Source: a virus
Taxonomy: Duplodnaviria > Caudoviricetes
Strand: one strand, 5' to 3'
DNA: 64,000 bases
IMG/VR virus record: IMGVR_UViG_3300017909_003066
Location: 1-64,000 of that record
Part shown: piece after piece, positions 47,455 through 56,107 of the stretch
Position numbering within the stretch: the first letter of the stretch is position 1
How the letters are laid out: the number at the start of each line of letters is the position of its first letter
Notes under the pieces: model-generated
What the model was told of the DNA's origin: nothing
Seen by the model: only the letters and a program-made list of their open reading frames with translations
The model's database searches: none
Translations under genes and position numbers: made by a program

Positions 47455-47538
47455 TGGTGCGACCACCCGGACTCGAACCGGGACGCCATAAGCGACAGAT
47501 TTTAAGTCTGTTGTGTCTACCTATTCCACCATGGTCGC
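47455..47538 (-). tRNA. tRNA-Leu(TAA)
   Basis: Class II cloverleaf, ACAGA-CTTAAAA-TCTGT, encoded CCA. Confidence 0.94.
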
Positions 47539-47586
47539 TAATAATCTATTCCTTGTTCAAGTTTGTTGGATTGTACTAATTTTATT

Positions 47587-47680
47587 TGGTAGGGGAGGCG
47601 GGATTCGAACCCACATCGCTCTCTAATCTGGAGACTTTGCCGAGTATAAGCCGGGTGTTTTACCATTAAACTACTCCCCC
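47587..47680 (-). tRNA. tRNA-Ile(TAT) with unusually long variable arm
   Basis: 7-bp acceptor stem, A73, CCA, anticodon loop CTTATAC, 24-nt variable region with hairpin, GTTCGAATC T-loop. Confidence 0.85.
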
Positions 47681-47785
47681 CTTATCTACTCTATCTCAGA
47701 TATGTTTTCTATGTCTTTAAATTTTACAACAAAGGATTTGTTGCTCATTTCAATTATCCTCTTGTGGATGTCTAACTATGTGTTT

Positions 47786-47814
47786 AATATACTATAGGAA
47801 GGATAGTATGTCAA
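47786..47814 (-). promoter_or_regulatory. Sigma70-type promoter upstream of the tRNA-Ile/Leu cluster
   Basis: TTGACA-N17-TATATT followed by CATAGTTAGACA. Confidence 0.78.
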
Positions 47815-48512
47815 GCACTTTGTAGGTAAGAATATACCTTTTTGAGTAATTTTTTTATCACAGGATGTTTAGTATCAAAACCCCACATAGCCATATAACC
47901 TAAAAGATTAGGAGACAACAAATATCCTAGTTCGTCTTTAAGTCCTGCTGATGAACTAACATTCCTTAACAAGTCTATCGCTTTATCTTTTCCAACGGCT
48001 CTGTCTAATTCAGTAGAAATATTTTTTGCAAATGCTTCAATCTCATCATCGTTACCTAAGTATTTTTTTGCTCTTATCATATCAGGTTCTTTTGCTTTTG
48101 TCTTATAATCACGTTGACGAACAAAGTTACGTGAACGATACTGTTGCATGTGAATAATTTCATGTTCTAGTGCATCTACTATTCTGTTCTTAATGTTTTC
48201 AACACCTTCGGGAGAAAATACAATAGTTTTATCTTTTTTGCTAAAGATTAATTCCAAGTAAAAAGGTTCTAATCCTTCTTCGTCATCTACAGGATCATAT
48301 GCCGCATTCATGTTCATATCTCCTGGTTCTACATTTTTACTTGTTTGTATACCTACTTCTGCTACACCAAATTGTGCTAAAGTATTTTGTAACATTTTAG
48401 CAATATCTTTTCTAGTTTTAGGATCACCACTATTAATAAAGTTAATAAAAGGGTCTAGTGCCGCTTCTATTTCCTTTCTATTAGCAGGTTGTGTGATTTC
48501 CTCTAAACGCAT
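47811..48512 (-). CDS. HExxH zincin-like protein, possible internal head protein
   Basis: LEHEIIHMQQY plus downstream DEIEAFA; MRLEEI N-terminus; TAAATA 5 nt before ATG. Confidence 0.6.
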   Translation of the reverse strand: MRLEEITQPANRKEIEAALDPFINFINSGDPKTRKDIAKMLQNTLAQFGVAEVGIQTSKNVEPGDMNMNAAYDPVDDEEGLEPFYLELIFSKKDKTIVFSPEGVENIKNRIVDALEHEIIHMQQYRSRNFVRQRDYKTKAKEPDMIRAKKYLGNDDEIEAFAKNISTELDRAVGKDKAIDLLRNVSSSAGLKDELGYLLSPNLLGYMAMWGFDTKHPVIKKLLKKVYSYLQSA

Positions 48513-48520
48513 AATACTAT

Positions 48521-49009
48521 TTAATTGATTTTGTATTCAAAGTTTTGAGTGTCTTCGCTTACTTTAATCTGTTTAGCGCCGTTTTTGATATGAAAATGTG
48601 TTGCCATTGGAGTCAATGGTGATAGTGTAACTAATCTTTGGAAGTTATTTTGTTTTGCCCATTCGCCTAACTTTTGTATTATCTCTCTACCTGCACCACG
48701 TTTACGTGACCATACTGTATATGCAACTACTATTTCGCCACGTTGTCCATCTTGATTAGCCGCCTGTGACATATAGTCCATTTCTCTTACAGTGTAAGGA
48801 ACTTCAGGGCATAGTGCAACACAAACGATTGCTTCTATTTCATCGTTGTATTTTAATCCGAATATCTTTCGTCCGTGTGTTATTCTAAAACCTAATGTAA
48901 GTTCCGGTCTAACAGGATCCTCGCTTACATCAATATCATCTAGTTCAACAAGTTCTGTCCCTTTGACCCACTTGAAGAAATCATTTATATTGTCTTTAAA
49001 TTTCTGCAT
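48521..49009 (-). CDS. GNAT-fold protein resembling the malonyl-CoA decarboxylase catalytic core
   Basis: AYTVWS-KRGAG, LVTLSP and FHIKNGA motifs. Confidence 0.55.
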   Translation of the reverse strand: MQKFKDNINDFFKWVKGTELVELDDIDVSEDPVRPELTLGFRITHGRKIFGLKYNDEIEAIVCVALCPEVPYTVREMDYMSQAANQDGQRGEIVVAYTVWSRKRGAGREIIQKLGEWAKQNNFQRLVTLSPLTPMATHFHIKNGAKQIKVSEDTQNFEYKIN

Positions 49010-49190
49010 CTTTTTTCTTTATACTCCATGCACCGTGATCTAATTCTTCCCAAATAAGTGTGTCACCTTCGTCCCAACCAACTTGATCTAAACTGCCTTG
49101 TGGAAATTCAATATACAGTTCTTTAGTTTTACTGTTCTCTTTTACTTCCACTACCCAACTGTTCGGTCCGGTTTGCCGAGGATTCTTCAT
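48996..49190 (-). CDS. AbrB/MazE-fold small protein
   Basis: IEFP---LDQVGW-EGD-L-W swapped-hairpin pattern. Confidence 0.6.
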   Translation of the reverse strand: MKNPRQTGPNSWVVEVKENSKTKELYIEFPQGSLDQVGWDEGDTLIWEELDHGAWSIKKKDAEI

Positions 49191-49201
49191 TTTAAAACTC
49201 C

Positions 49202-49765
49202 TTATAAAAGTTGATCAGCAATGCCCATGTCTATCATTTGTTTTGCTGTATAATATTGATCTGAAGGATTTTTGATAAACTTGTTTCTTACTTCCTGCAT
49301 AGACATACCAGTTGCCTCCTTCAATATATTTAAGCAACGCAATTCGCAGTTTTGATTTTCTTTCATTTGTGCCCTCATGTCATGCATTTTAGATTCCATG
49401 CTGTCACTATGTTGATGATTCATTATACCTGTGTTCTTACCAATGTATCTGTAACCTTGAGAACCACTTGCAAAAATTAAAAAACCTGCACTCATAATAG
49501 CACCAACACCTACCGTGCTTATATGATGATAACTTGTTTTCATTACATCAATTAGTGCAAACATCTCATACAAATCACCTCCTGGTGTGTTGAGATATAA
49601 TTCTAAAACTCTTTTTGGTTTCTTTACTAGGTTTGCACTTAATATCCATTTGATTGCTTCACTTACATTTTCATTTGTAAGTTCGCCATGAAGATAATGT
49701 ATATCGGCATCTAATAATGCTCTATCTATTGCATCGCTGGCTGTCCAATTTTCGTATTTAGGCAT
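49202..49765 (-). CDS. Divergent ClpP-like protease
   Basis: YLNTPGG, IMSAG (Ser), MNHQ (His), DQYYTAKQ (Asp); TTGACA-N17-TATATT promoter at 49772-49800. Confidence 0.85.
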   Translation of the reverse strand: MPKYENWTASDAIDRALLDADIHYLHGELTNENVSEAIKWILSANLVKKPKRVLELYLNTPGGDLYEMFALIDVMKTSYHHISTVGVGAIMSAGFLIFASGSQGYRYIGKNTGIMNHQHSDSMESKMHDMRAQMKENQNCELRCLNILKEATGMSMQEVRNKFIKNPSDQYYTAKQMIDMGIADQLL

Positions 49766-49808
49766 AATTATAATATACGTATATTTAGTGTAAATGTCAA
49801 CCTTTTAA

Positions 49809-49930
49809 TACTCCAAGCACGGCCCCCATCCCGCCTGCTTGATGAATCGCCTCATTGATCACGGAGTACCTACCTAACTACGCTCACGGAAATGCGATTC
49901 TTTCCTTTTTGCAGTACTTTTTAGCACTGC
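49809..49930 (-). ncRNA. Candidate pseudoknotted structured RNA downstream of tRNA-Arg
   Basis: GC-rich non-coding stretch with crossing helices GAATCGC/GCGATTC and TACTCC/GGAGTA, plus CAAGCA/TGCTTG and GCAGTGCT/AGTACTGC hairpins; strand uncertain. Confidence 0.45.
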
Positions 49931-49935
49931 GATTT

Positions 49936-50012
<77 letters not shown>

Positions 50013-50231
50013 TTAGTAATATCTTACTCTGCTCCCTGCACCTTCAACTTCGTCCAAACCTGTCTCATCTTTGGACAGATAGCGATAGCCGTTGTAATTC
50101 TCAGTTTCCATTAGCACTGCTTCAATTAAAGACATCATTGCTTCGCGACCATCAGCACTTGAATTGGGGTGTGCAAGATACGAATTAACGTACTTTTTCA
50201 CTGTATCTACTGCGATTGTTTTGCGAGACAT
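50013..50231 (-). CDS. Early hypothetical protein
   Basis: 72 aa; GAGGAG SD; TTGACA-N17-TATATT promoter at about 50267-50295; stop abuts the tRNA-Arg 5' end. Confidence 0.7.
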   Translation of the reverse strand: MSRKTIAVDTVKKYVNSYLAHPNSSADGREAMMSLIEAVLMETENYNGYRYLSKDETGLDEVEGAGSRVRYY

Positions 50232-50346
50232 TTGTCTCTCCTCTTGCTGTGTCTAACTATGCTTATAATATAACACCTACTGTATATACTGTCAAGTATT
50301 AATTTGTTATTTTGGTAAATAATTACATAGCGAGGATGTGTACAGA

Positions 50347-50625
50347 ATGGACTTTTTAACATTTGTGGGCGAGGTCGGTTTTCCGATAGCAGGAGCCGTG
50401 GCCGCAGGTGCGTTTGTTTTTATAACCTTGAAATTCATACTTGCATCAGTAACAGGATCAGTACAAGGATTGAAAGGTATTATTCAGGCACTTGATAATA
50501 GGGTACAAACGATGAACAACGATTTAGTAAAGATCGATGCTTTACTATCTTACGTCTTAAGTGTAAGGCCAAACGTTGATCGTATTGCCGCCAATGAAGG
50601 AAAAGAGGACGCAAGACGTGATTAA
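50347..50625 (+). CDS. Membrane protein (GFPI motif, YvrJ-like), paralog A
   Basis: EVGFPIA TM followed by a coiled coil; TAAATA at 50316. Confidence 0.65.
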   Translation: MDFLTFVGEVGFPIAGAVAAGAFVFITLKFILASVTGSVQGLKGIIQALDNRVQTMNNDLVKIDALLSYVLSVRPNVDRIAANEGKEDARRD

Positions 50626-50628
50626 AAA

Positions 50629-50967
50629 ATGACTACAGAATTAGCCAACGCAATAAAAGACTTCGGCTTTCCAATAGTTGCCGCAATGGGTCTTGGTTAC
50701 TTCGTGTTCTATGTGTGGCGTTGGGTCACAATGGAAATCAAACCTGTGCTAGGTGAAGCACAATCTACATTAATAAAATTAGTTGACAGAGTAAGAATGT
50801 TGGACAATGATATGATTAGATTAAACACTAAATTAAGTATGGTGTTAGAATATAAAAATGAGATAGAAGAGTCAACTGGTAAAAAATTTGATACAGACGA
50901 ATTGAATGAAATTTTAGAAAAATATAAAACTAGTTCTGAAACATTTAATTCAACAGGAAAAAAATAA
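50629..50967 (+). CDS. Membrane protein (GFPI motif), paralog B
   Basis: DFGFPIVA TM followed by a coiled coil similar to paralog A. Confidence 0.65.
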   Translation: MTTELANAIKDFGFPIVAAMGLGYFVFYVWRWVTMEIKPVLGEAQSTLIKLVDRVRMLDNDMIRLNTKLSMVLEYKNEIEESTGKKFDTDELNEILEKYKTSSETFNSTGKK

Positions 50968-51125
50968 TGACCGAAAGAGATATCTATGAACTTGAGGCTC
51001 AAAAACGTTTCCGTAAGTCAATAGGTGACCAGATTTGGACACATACTGATTTAGCAAAATACATGGTAGTTGGAATGTTACTAGGCGTTGTATTAGGAAA
51101 TGTTGTGTGTCAGTTTATATCGTAA
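50967..51125 (+). CDS. 52-aa protein with C-terminal TM
   Basis: Hand-translated; TAATG coupling to paralog B. Confidence 0.5.
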   Translation: MTERDIYELEAQKRFRKSIGDQIWTHTDLAKYMVVGMLLGVVLGNVVCQFIS

Positions 51126-51481
51126 TTAATTTACTATTCTTTTTAGTAATAAAACATTGTATTGCCGACCTAGCGATACAGAAACTATTCCCTAGTAACA
51201 AATTACAGTATCTTAACAAAGATGCTCATAAGCACTACTTACATCATGCAATAGGCAGTTTTACAGTAGGCATATTTTTTAACGTTTATTTTGCGACATT
51301 AATTTTTGTTTTAGACTATTTAATTCACTGGCACGTTGATTTTGTAAAGACTCATGTGAAAAAGTTTTTTGATCTTGACGAAAGTGATCGTATGTTTTGG
51401 GTTTTACAGTCTGTGGATCAAGCACTGCACTTTTCGACTTACTACCTATTCGTAATTCTATTTCTGCAATTCTACTCTTAA
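51107..51481 (+). CDS. DUF3307-like membrane protein
   Basis: KH-IAD--IQ, H--HH, IHWHVDF-K, FW----DQALH motifs. Confidence 0.7.
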   Translation: MSVYIVINLLFFLVIKHCIADLAIQKLFPSNKLQYLNKDAHKHYLHHAIGSFTVGIFFNVYFATLIFVLDYLIHWHVDFVKTHVKKFFDLDESDRMFWVLQSVDQALHFSTYYLFVILFLQFYS

Positions 51482-51513
51482 TTGAGCGAACTCTATTTTC
51501 AAGATCGAAATCA

Positions 51514-53553
51514 TTACTTACTGGTTGCGACGTAGACTCCGTTCCATGTTTCATTTGTAATATTTTGTAAAGCCATTTCATTACATCTTCCAATCATAGT
51601 CTCATAATATTTTTTATTTTGCTGTGGTCCATTTTTTGCTAGTTTTTCTGCTTTGTCTATTGCTTTAGTCCACTCTGCTTTTCTATAATATTCTAAAAAC
51701 AATTCGTGTGCCCTGTAATAGTTTTCCTTTTGTTCTTCTAACATTATAGTGAAAATTCTTGCTGGTTCTGTTTTACCTTTTACTGCAATCAAATCTAATT
51801 CTACGTACTTGAATAAATCATCTTTACTTGACTCACCTATTAGTAATTGTTGCCCATACTCTTTGGACTGTCCTTCAAGTCTTGCGGCAAGATTGACAGC
51901 ATCTCCAAGCACTGAATAATCAAAACGTTGATCTGATCCCATATTACCGACGACAACATCGCCAGTGTTAATACCAATACCAATATTAATAGGAAGTAGT
52001 CCCTCACTCTCCAACTCATTGTTTAACTCCTTTAGTCCTTTTAACATATCAATTGCTGTTTGTGTTGCTAGTTTCTTTTGCTCAGGAACATCTAAAGGTG
52101 CGTTCCAAAAGGCCATTAATGCATCTCCAATATATTTGTCTATTGTTCCTTGATTAGTCATAACAATATTTGTCATAGGAGTCATATAGCGATTAATTAA
52201 TTTTGTTAATCCTTGTGGATTAGTTTTATACTGTTCTGAAATCGGAGTAAAACCTCTTATGTCCGAAAACAGTATAGTAAGTTCTTTAGTTTCGCCTCCC
52301 AATTTAAGTAAATCTGGATTCTTCTGTAATTTTTTAACCATTGCAGGTGCAAGGTAATGTTCAAACTGTTTTTTAATTTGTTGTTTTAATTGGAACTCTC
52401 TAACAAAGCGATTGAATACTGCATGGAATCCAACTATGGTAGATACTACTACAATCCAACTCCAATCCCATAACTGTAAATGCCTTGTAAACGTAAAATA
52501 AGCGCCGTACACGGTGGTTGAATAAACTGCTAATATAACTGCTCCAACTACCCAGTAAGGTGCACGTACGGCGGTTACAATAAGCAATAAACCTATGATT
52601 ATAGACGTTATATACTCTAAGAATGTAGCATAATCATAACGTACTATATTATCTCCATTTACAATAGTTTGGATAGCAGTTGCTGGTAAAATATGCCGAG
52701 AAACTTCTCCATTTGGTGTTGCAATAATACTACCTAAACCTTCAGCAGTTGTTCCAATTATTACTATTTTTCCTGCAAGTGGAGAATAATCTTCCTCTGC
52801 CAAACTGATTGATTCAAATTGTTTATTCCACCTAATCCAAATTCTTCCATTAGCATCAGTTTGAATAGTTTGATAAGCAGGTACTCGCATAGCAATAATA
52901 CCGCCTTCTCCTGCTTTTACTTGATAACTTGGATCTCCTACTGCAACTCTAATGGTTTCTATAGCAATGCTAGGATATACTTCTTCACCTATTTTCATCA
53001 ACAATGGTAGGCGTCTTGTTACACCATCTATTTCAGGTGCAGTGTTTATTACTCCAACTCCGTCAGCATTTTGTCCTAGGATTTCTATTGGCCCTAACAT
53101 ACCAGGCCACTCAAATAACCACGGCATTGGATCACCTATTTTAGCAACACCTCTTGGCACTGCATTTTTGTTTACTCCTTGTGAAGTTCCAACCTGTGCA
53201 ATGATAATACCGTTGCCGGAAAGTTTTTGTGCTAGTTCTAAATCACCACCTAGCCTATCTGGTTCAGAAAACAATACTGGAAGAACAATTACTCCAACGC
53301 CTGTTTCTCTTAATTTTTGTATAACATCTGCAAGTACATCACGTTTCCAAGGCCATTGCCCATACTTTTCAATAGCACGTTCATCTATTTCTAATATTGC
53401 AATATCTTGTGATAATACTGGTGTGTCATACTGTTGTATAACATCAAAGGATTTAAGTCGTAGTAATTGCTTTACATAAGGGTCGGATAACCCTATAAAA
53501 GATATGACTGCAAGGGTCAGAATAGCAGATACCCAATGTGTTAACCATTTCAT
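51514..53553 (-). CDS. CHASE2-domain class III adenylate cyclase
   Basis: CHASE2 (IDE--I--YGQWPW-R, DGVTRR-PL), three TMs, cyclase motifs LFSDIRGFT, DKYIGDA (Lys suggests ATP specificity), GDAVNLAARLEG. Confidence 0.93.
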   Translation of the reverse strand: MKWLTHWVSAILTLAVISFIGLSDPYVKQLLRLKSFDVIQQYDTPVLSQDIAILEIDERAIEKYGQWPWKRDVLADVIQKLRETGVGVIVLPVLFSEPDRLGGDLELAQKLSGNGIIIAQVGTSQGVNKNAVPRGVAKIGDPMPWLFEWPGMLGPIEILGQNADGVGVINTAPEIDGVTRRLPLLMKIGEEVYPSIAIETIRVAVGDPSYQVKAGEGGIIAMRVPAYQTIQTDANGRIWIRWNKQFESISLAEEDYSPLAGKIVIIGTTAEGLGSIIATPNGEVSRHILPATAIQTIVNGDNIVRYDYATFLEYITSIIIGLLLIVTAVRAPYWVVGAVILAVYSTTVYGAYFTFTRHLQLWDWSWIVVVSTIVGFHAVFNRFVREFQLKQQIKKQFEHYLAPAMVKKLQKNPDLLKLGGETKELTILFSDIRGFTPISEQYKTNPQGLTKLINRYMTPMTNIVMTNQGTIDKYIGDALMAFWNAPLDVPEQKKLATQTAIDMLKGLKELNNELESEGLLPINIGIGINTGDVVVGNMGSDQRFDYSVLGDAVNLAARLEGQSKEYGQQLLIGESSKDDLFKYVELDLIAVKGKTEPARIFTIMLEEQKENYYRAHELFLEYYRKAEWTKAIDKAEKLAKNGPQQNKKYYETMIGRCNEMALQNITNETWNGVYVATSK

Positions 53554-53561
53554 ATGTGTAT

Positions 53562-53990
53562 TTAACTAATATTGCACCAATATTGTTCGGCGCCAGGTTG
53601 TAGAGAATCACAACCTCTGATTAGTAGTTCTAACATTTCAGGAAGATCTTGTGCAATACCTGTAATCATTGCAAGTAAAATAAACAGGAAAAATAATATG
53701 AAAGGACTTAATAGTATCAACCACCAATAGGTTCTAAATATCCCGTGACCGTGTGCTTTACGATATTCACGTTTACGTGCAAACCAATGTACTATTGCTC
53801 TTGCAATACGTTTAAGTCCGCCTACAAACCAATCACCTATAAAGTACCTAATGATTCTAACAACAATAAGGACAGGACTTGCAATAACTTCCCATATTAA
53901 AAGTAAGGCATCAACACAAAGATCAACAACATGATCTATTGTCCACCATTCTTTAAACCGTTGCCAACGGCTTTTTTGTTTTGTCTCCAT
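53562..53990 (-). CDS. Hypothetical membrane protein
   Basis: Hydrophobic/basic 142 aa; TAAATA 4 nt before ATG. Confidence 0.6.
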   Translation of the reverse strand: METKQKSRWQRFKEWWTIDHVVDLCVDALLLIWEVIASPVLIVVRIIRYFIGDWFVGGLKRIARAIVHWFARKREYRKAHGHGIFRTYWWLILLSPFILFFLFILLAMITGIAQDLPEMLELLIRGCDSLQPGAEQYWCNIS

Positions 53991-53997
53991 AACGTAT

Positions 53998-55032
53998 TTA
54001 GTTTTGGGTAACTGTCACGCCACAACCGTTAGCATTTGTACATATACCTGTAATACTATATGTTTTATTTGAAGTTGCTGTTTGATCTAAGTCTAATGTA
54101 TAACCACCGCCTGAATTTGTTAGATTAATATTTGCTGTATGTGAACCATAGCGTTGAAATACGTCAACTGTATGTCCGTCATCTAAAACTATGTCCGCAA
54201 ACTGTTCATCACTATTTCCACGTTGTAATAATGTAACATTATTATCGTCACCGTTTATTTCAATATATCCTTCATGATCGCCGCCGCCACGCTGTGTATG
54301 TTTTACAGTATTGCTATCACCTGTAACGTAATTTGCAATATGTTGTCCACCATTACCATTATCATCTGTTTGATAACTTTCCAAATTGTTGTTACTACCT
54401 GCTACAATCCAATACACATCATTGTCGCCAGTCTCATCTGTATCCACTGTTCCATTTTCGTGTTTGCCTTGCCATGCTTTAATATTATTTGAACTACCGT
54501 TAACCGTAACTGTATTGATGTTATTGCTTTGATCGTGAATTTGTATGTCTATACTATTATTACTACCATCTATAACTTCTGTGTAAAGTGTGTTGCTATC
54601 GCCGTTATCAATCGTTACGCTAATTTGATTATTGATATCGTTACCATTGCCTATTTCAGTATGAGTGACATTACTATCTCCATCGATACTAACAGACATG
54701 TTGTTATTGTTTCCGTGATTGTCCATGGCACTTACATTTGAATTACCGTCCTGTGTAAGACTCATTTGATGATTACCTCCATGTGTCCAAAATCCTGCAC
54801 GGTTGTTATTGCCTTGTTGTGTGATTGAAAGGGTTTTGTTATTACCACCTATGTATGCATCACCACTTGTAGTGTTAAGACTACGGATAGAATTATCTTG
54901 ACCGTCTTGTGTAATATCTAAATCTATTGAATCACCAACCTGAGTCATGTATATGTCATTTGCTAATCCTTTCATAGGAAAAACTAACAGCAAAAATAAA
55001 ATACTACTGTACTTGAATAATGTCAATTTCAT
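53998..55032 (-). CDS. Curlin-like secreted beta-solenoid protein
   Basis: Signal peptide, then NDIYMTQVGD and many Q-G-x-x-N / I-x-G-x-x-N repeats. Confidence 0.75.
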   Translation of the reverse strand: MKLTLFKYSSILFLLLVFPMKGLANDIYMTQVGDSIDLDITQDGQDNSIRSLNTTSGDAYIGGNNKTLSITQQGNNNRAGFWTHGGNHQMSLTQDGNSNVSAMDNHGNNNNMSVSIDGDSNVTHTEIGNGNDINNQISVTIDNGDSNTLYTEVIDGSNNSIDIQIHDQSNNINTVTVNGSSNNIKAWQGKHENGTVDTDETGDNDVYWIVAGSNNNLESYQTDDNGNGGQHIANYVTGDSNTVKHTQRGGGDHEGYIEINGDDNNVTLLQRGNSDEQFADIVLDDGHTVDVFQRYGSHTANINLTNSGGGYTLDLDQTATSNKTYSITGICTNANGCGVTVTQN

Positions 55033-56107
55033 TCTGTCCATCTCCTAATTGATAGTCTCTATATTCAAAGTCGCCTTGTTGCATATTGATATTATATCCA
55101 TTTGCTTGATTTAAACGTAATTCAAAAAAGTTACCCATACCATCATCTCTACGTATTAACCAATCCGGTTTTTGATCATAAAGTTCAATACCGGTTTCAG
55201 GATCTTTTCCTAATTGTATTCCTTGATTTCTTTCATCAAGTGCACCTCGCATAAGTCTAGCAAGTGCTTCATTAATTAAATCTAAAACGTTCCGCAAAAA
55301 GTCCTGTCCTAAAAAATCAATATCTAGATCGGTCATCCATAAACCCTCAGTCTGCACTGCTAGATAATCTTTATTCAGTTCATCAAATTCTAAAAAATCA
55401 AATCCCAAAAAGTCTGAAAGTTTTTTAATACGGTTTCTTTCTAATTCTTCTTCTATTTCTACTGGTTTTCTAATAACCAATAAGTTGTTAATCAAACTTT
55501 CGTCTATATCTAGTGTAATTGGATTCAATGGTTTAGATTTAGCAGTTTCTACAACCGTGGCTTGGAAAGCCTGATTTAGAATTACAGTGCCTACATCACT
55601 GGAAACTTCTATTTCTCCTACTACACAAATTTTACTTCCCATCACTATGGTACAACTTGGTAGTAGGATAATAGTACTATTACCCGTTTCGTCAACAGTC
55701 ATTGTAAAGTCTGTTCCTCTTACACCAATAACTGCTGTGGGTGTTGTTATTTTGACATTTTGTTTTGAGTTTTTTGCAATCTGACCACTTGCATATCGTA
55801 CTGTTCCAAAAGACGCCTTGAGAGCGAGAGAACCAGTGGACGTATTAGGATCATATACAAACTCATCTATTACAAGTTTACTGTTTTCAGTTACATCGAC
55901 TCTAGTGTCATCGACAAACTCAATTGATGTTCTTCCAACTTTTGTTTTTACAACATCATAACTTTCAATGCCAAAACCTTCATTGGAACGATATCCGTCA
56001 CCATCCTTTCGGATAATATCTGCCTCACCGATCTGCTTGGTTACTTCACCAATATTAGCATACGCGGTCGAGGTTAGAATGACCAATAACAGAACCAATA
56101 TACGCAT
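55004..56107 (-). CDS. Secreted FecR-domain protein
   Basis: Signal peptide; D-V-T, F-DDT-V---ENS-L-I, I-TPTAVIGVRGTDF. Confidence 0.85.
   Translation of the reverse strand: MRILVLLLVILTSTAYANIGEVTKQIGEADIIRKDGDGYRSNEGFGIESYDVVKTKVGRTSIEFVDDTRVDVTENSKLVIDEFVYDPNTSTGSLALKASFGTVRYASGQIAKNSKQNVKITTPTAVIGVRGTDFTMTVDETGNSTIILLPSCTIVMGSKICVVGEIEVSSDVGTVILNQAFQATVVETAKSKPLNPITLDIDESLINNLLVIRKPVEIEEELERNRIKKLSDFLGFDFLEFDELNKDYLAVQTEGLWMTDLDIDFLGQDFLRNVLDLINEALARLMRGALDERNQGIQLGKDPETGIELYDQKPDWLIRRDDGMGNFFELRLNQANGYNINMQQGDFEYRDYQLGDGQNEIDIIQVQ

Noticed and set aside
47611-47640. tRNA intron in tRNA-Ile
   Set aside because: The extra sequence lies in the variable region, not the anticodon loop, and is far too short for a self-splicing intron.
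48521-49190. AbrB-GNAT toxin-antitoxin pair
   Set aside because: The gene order fits, but the GNAT has MCD-like motifs rather than those of tRNA-acetylating toxins, and no operator repeat was seen.
49809-49900. Firm call as an HDV-like/theta or hammerhead ribozyme
   Set aside because: The helix order is suggestive, but I could not place a canonical P3/L3, the J4/2 catalytic C or a complete CUGANGA/GAAA core.
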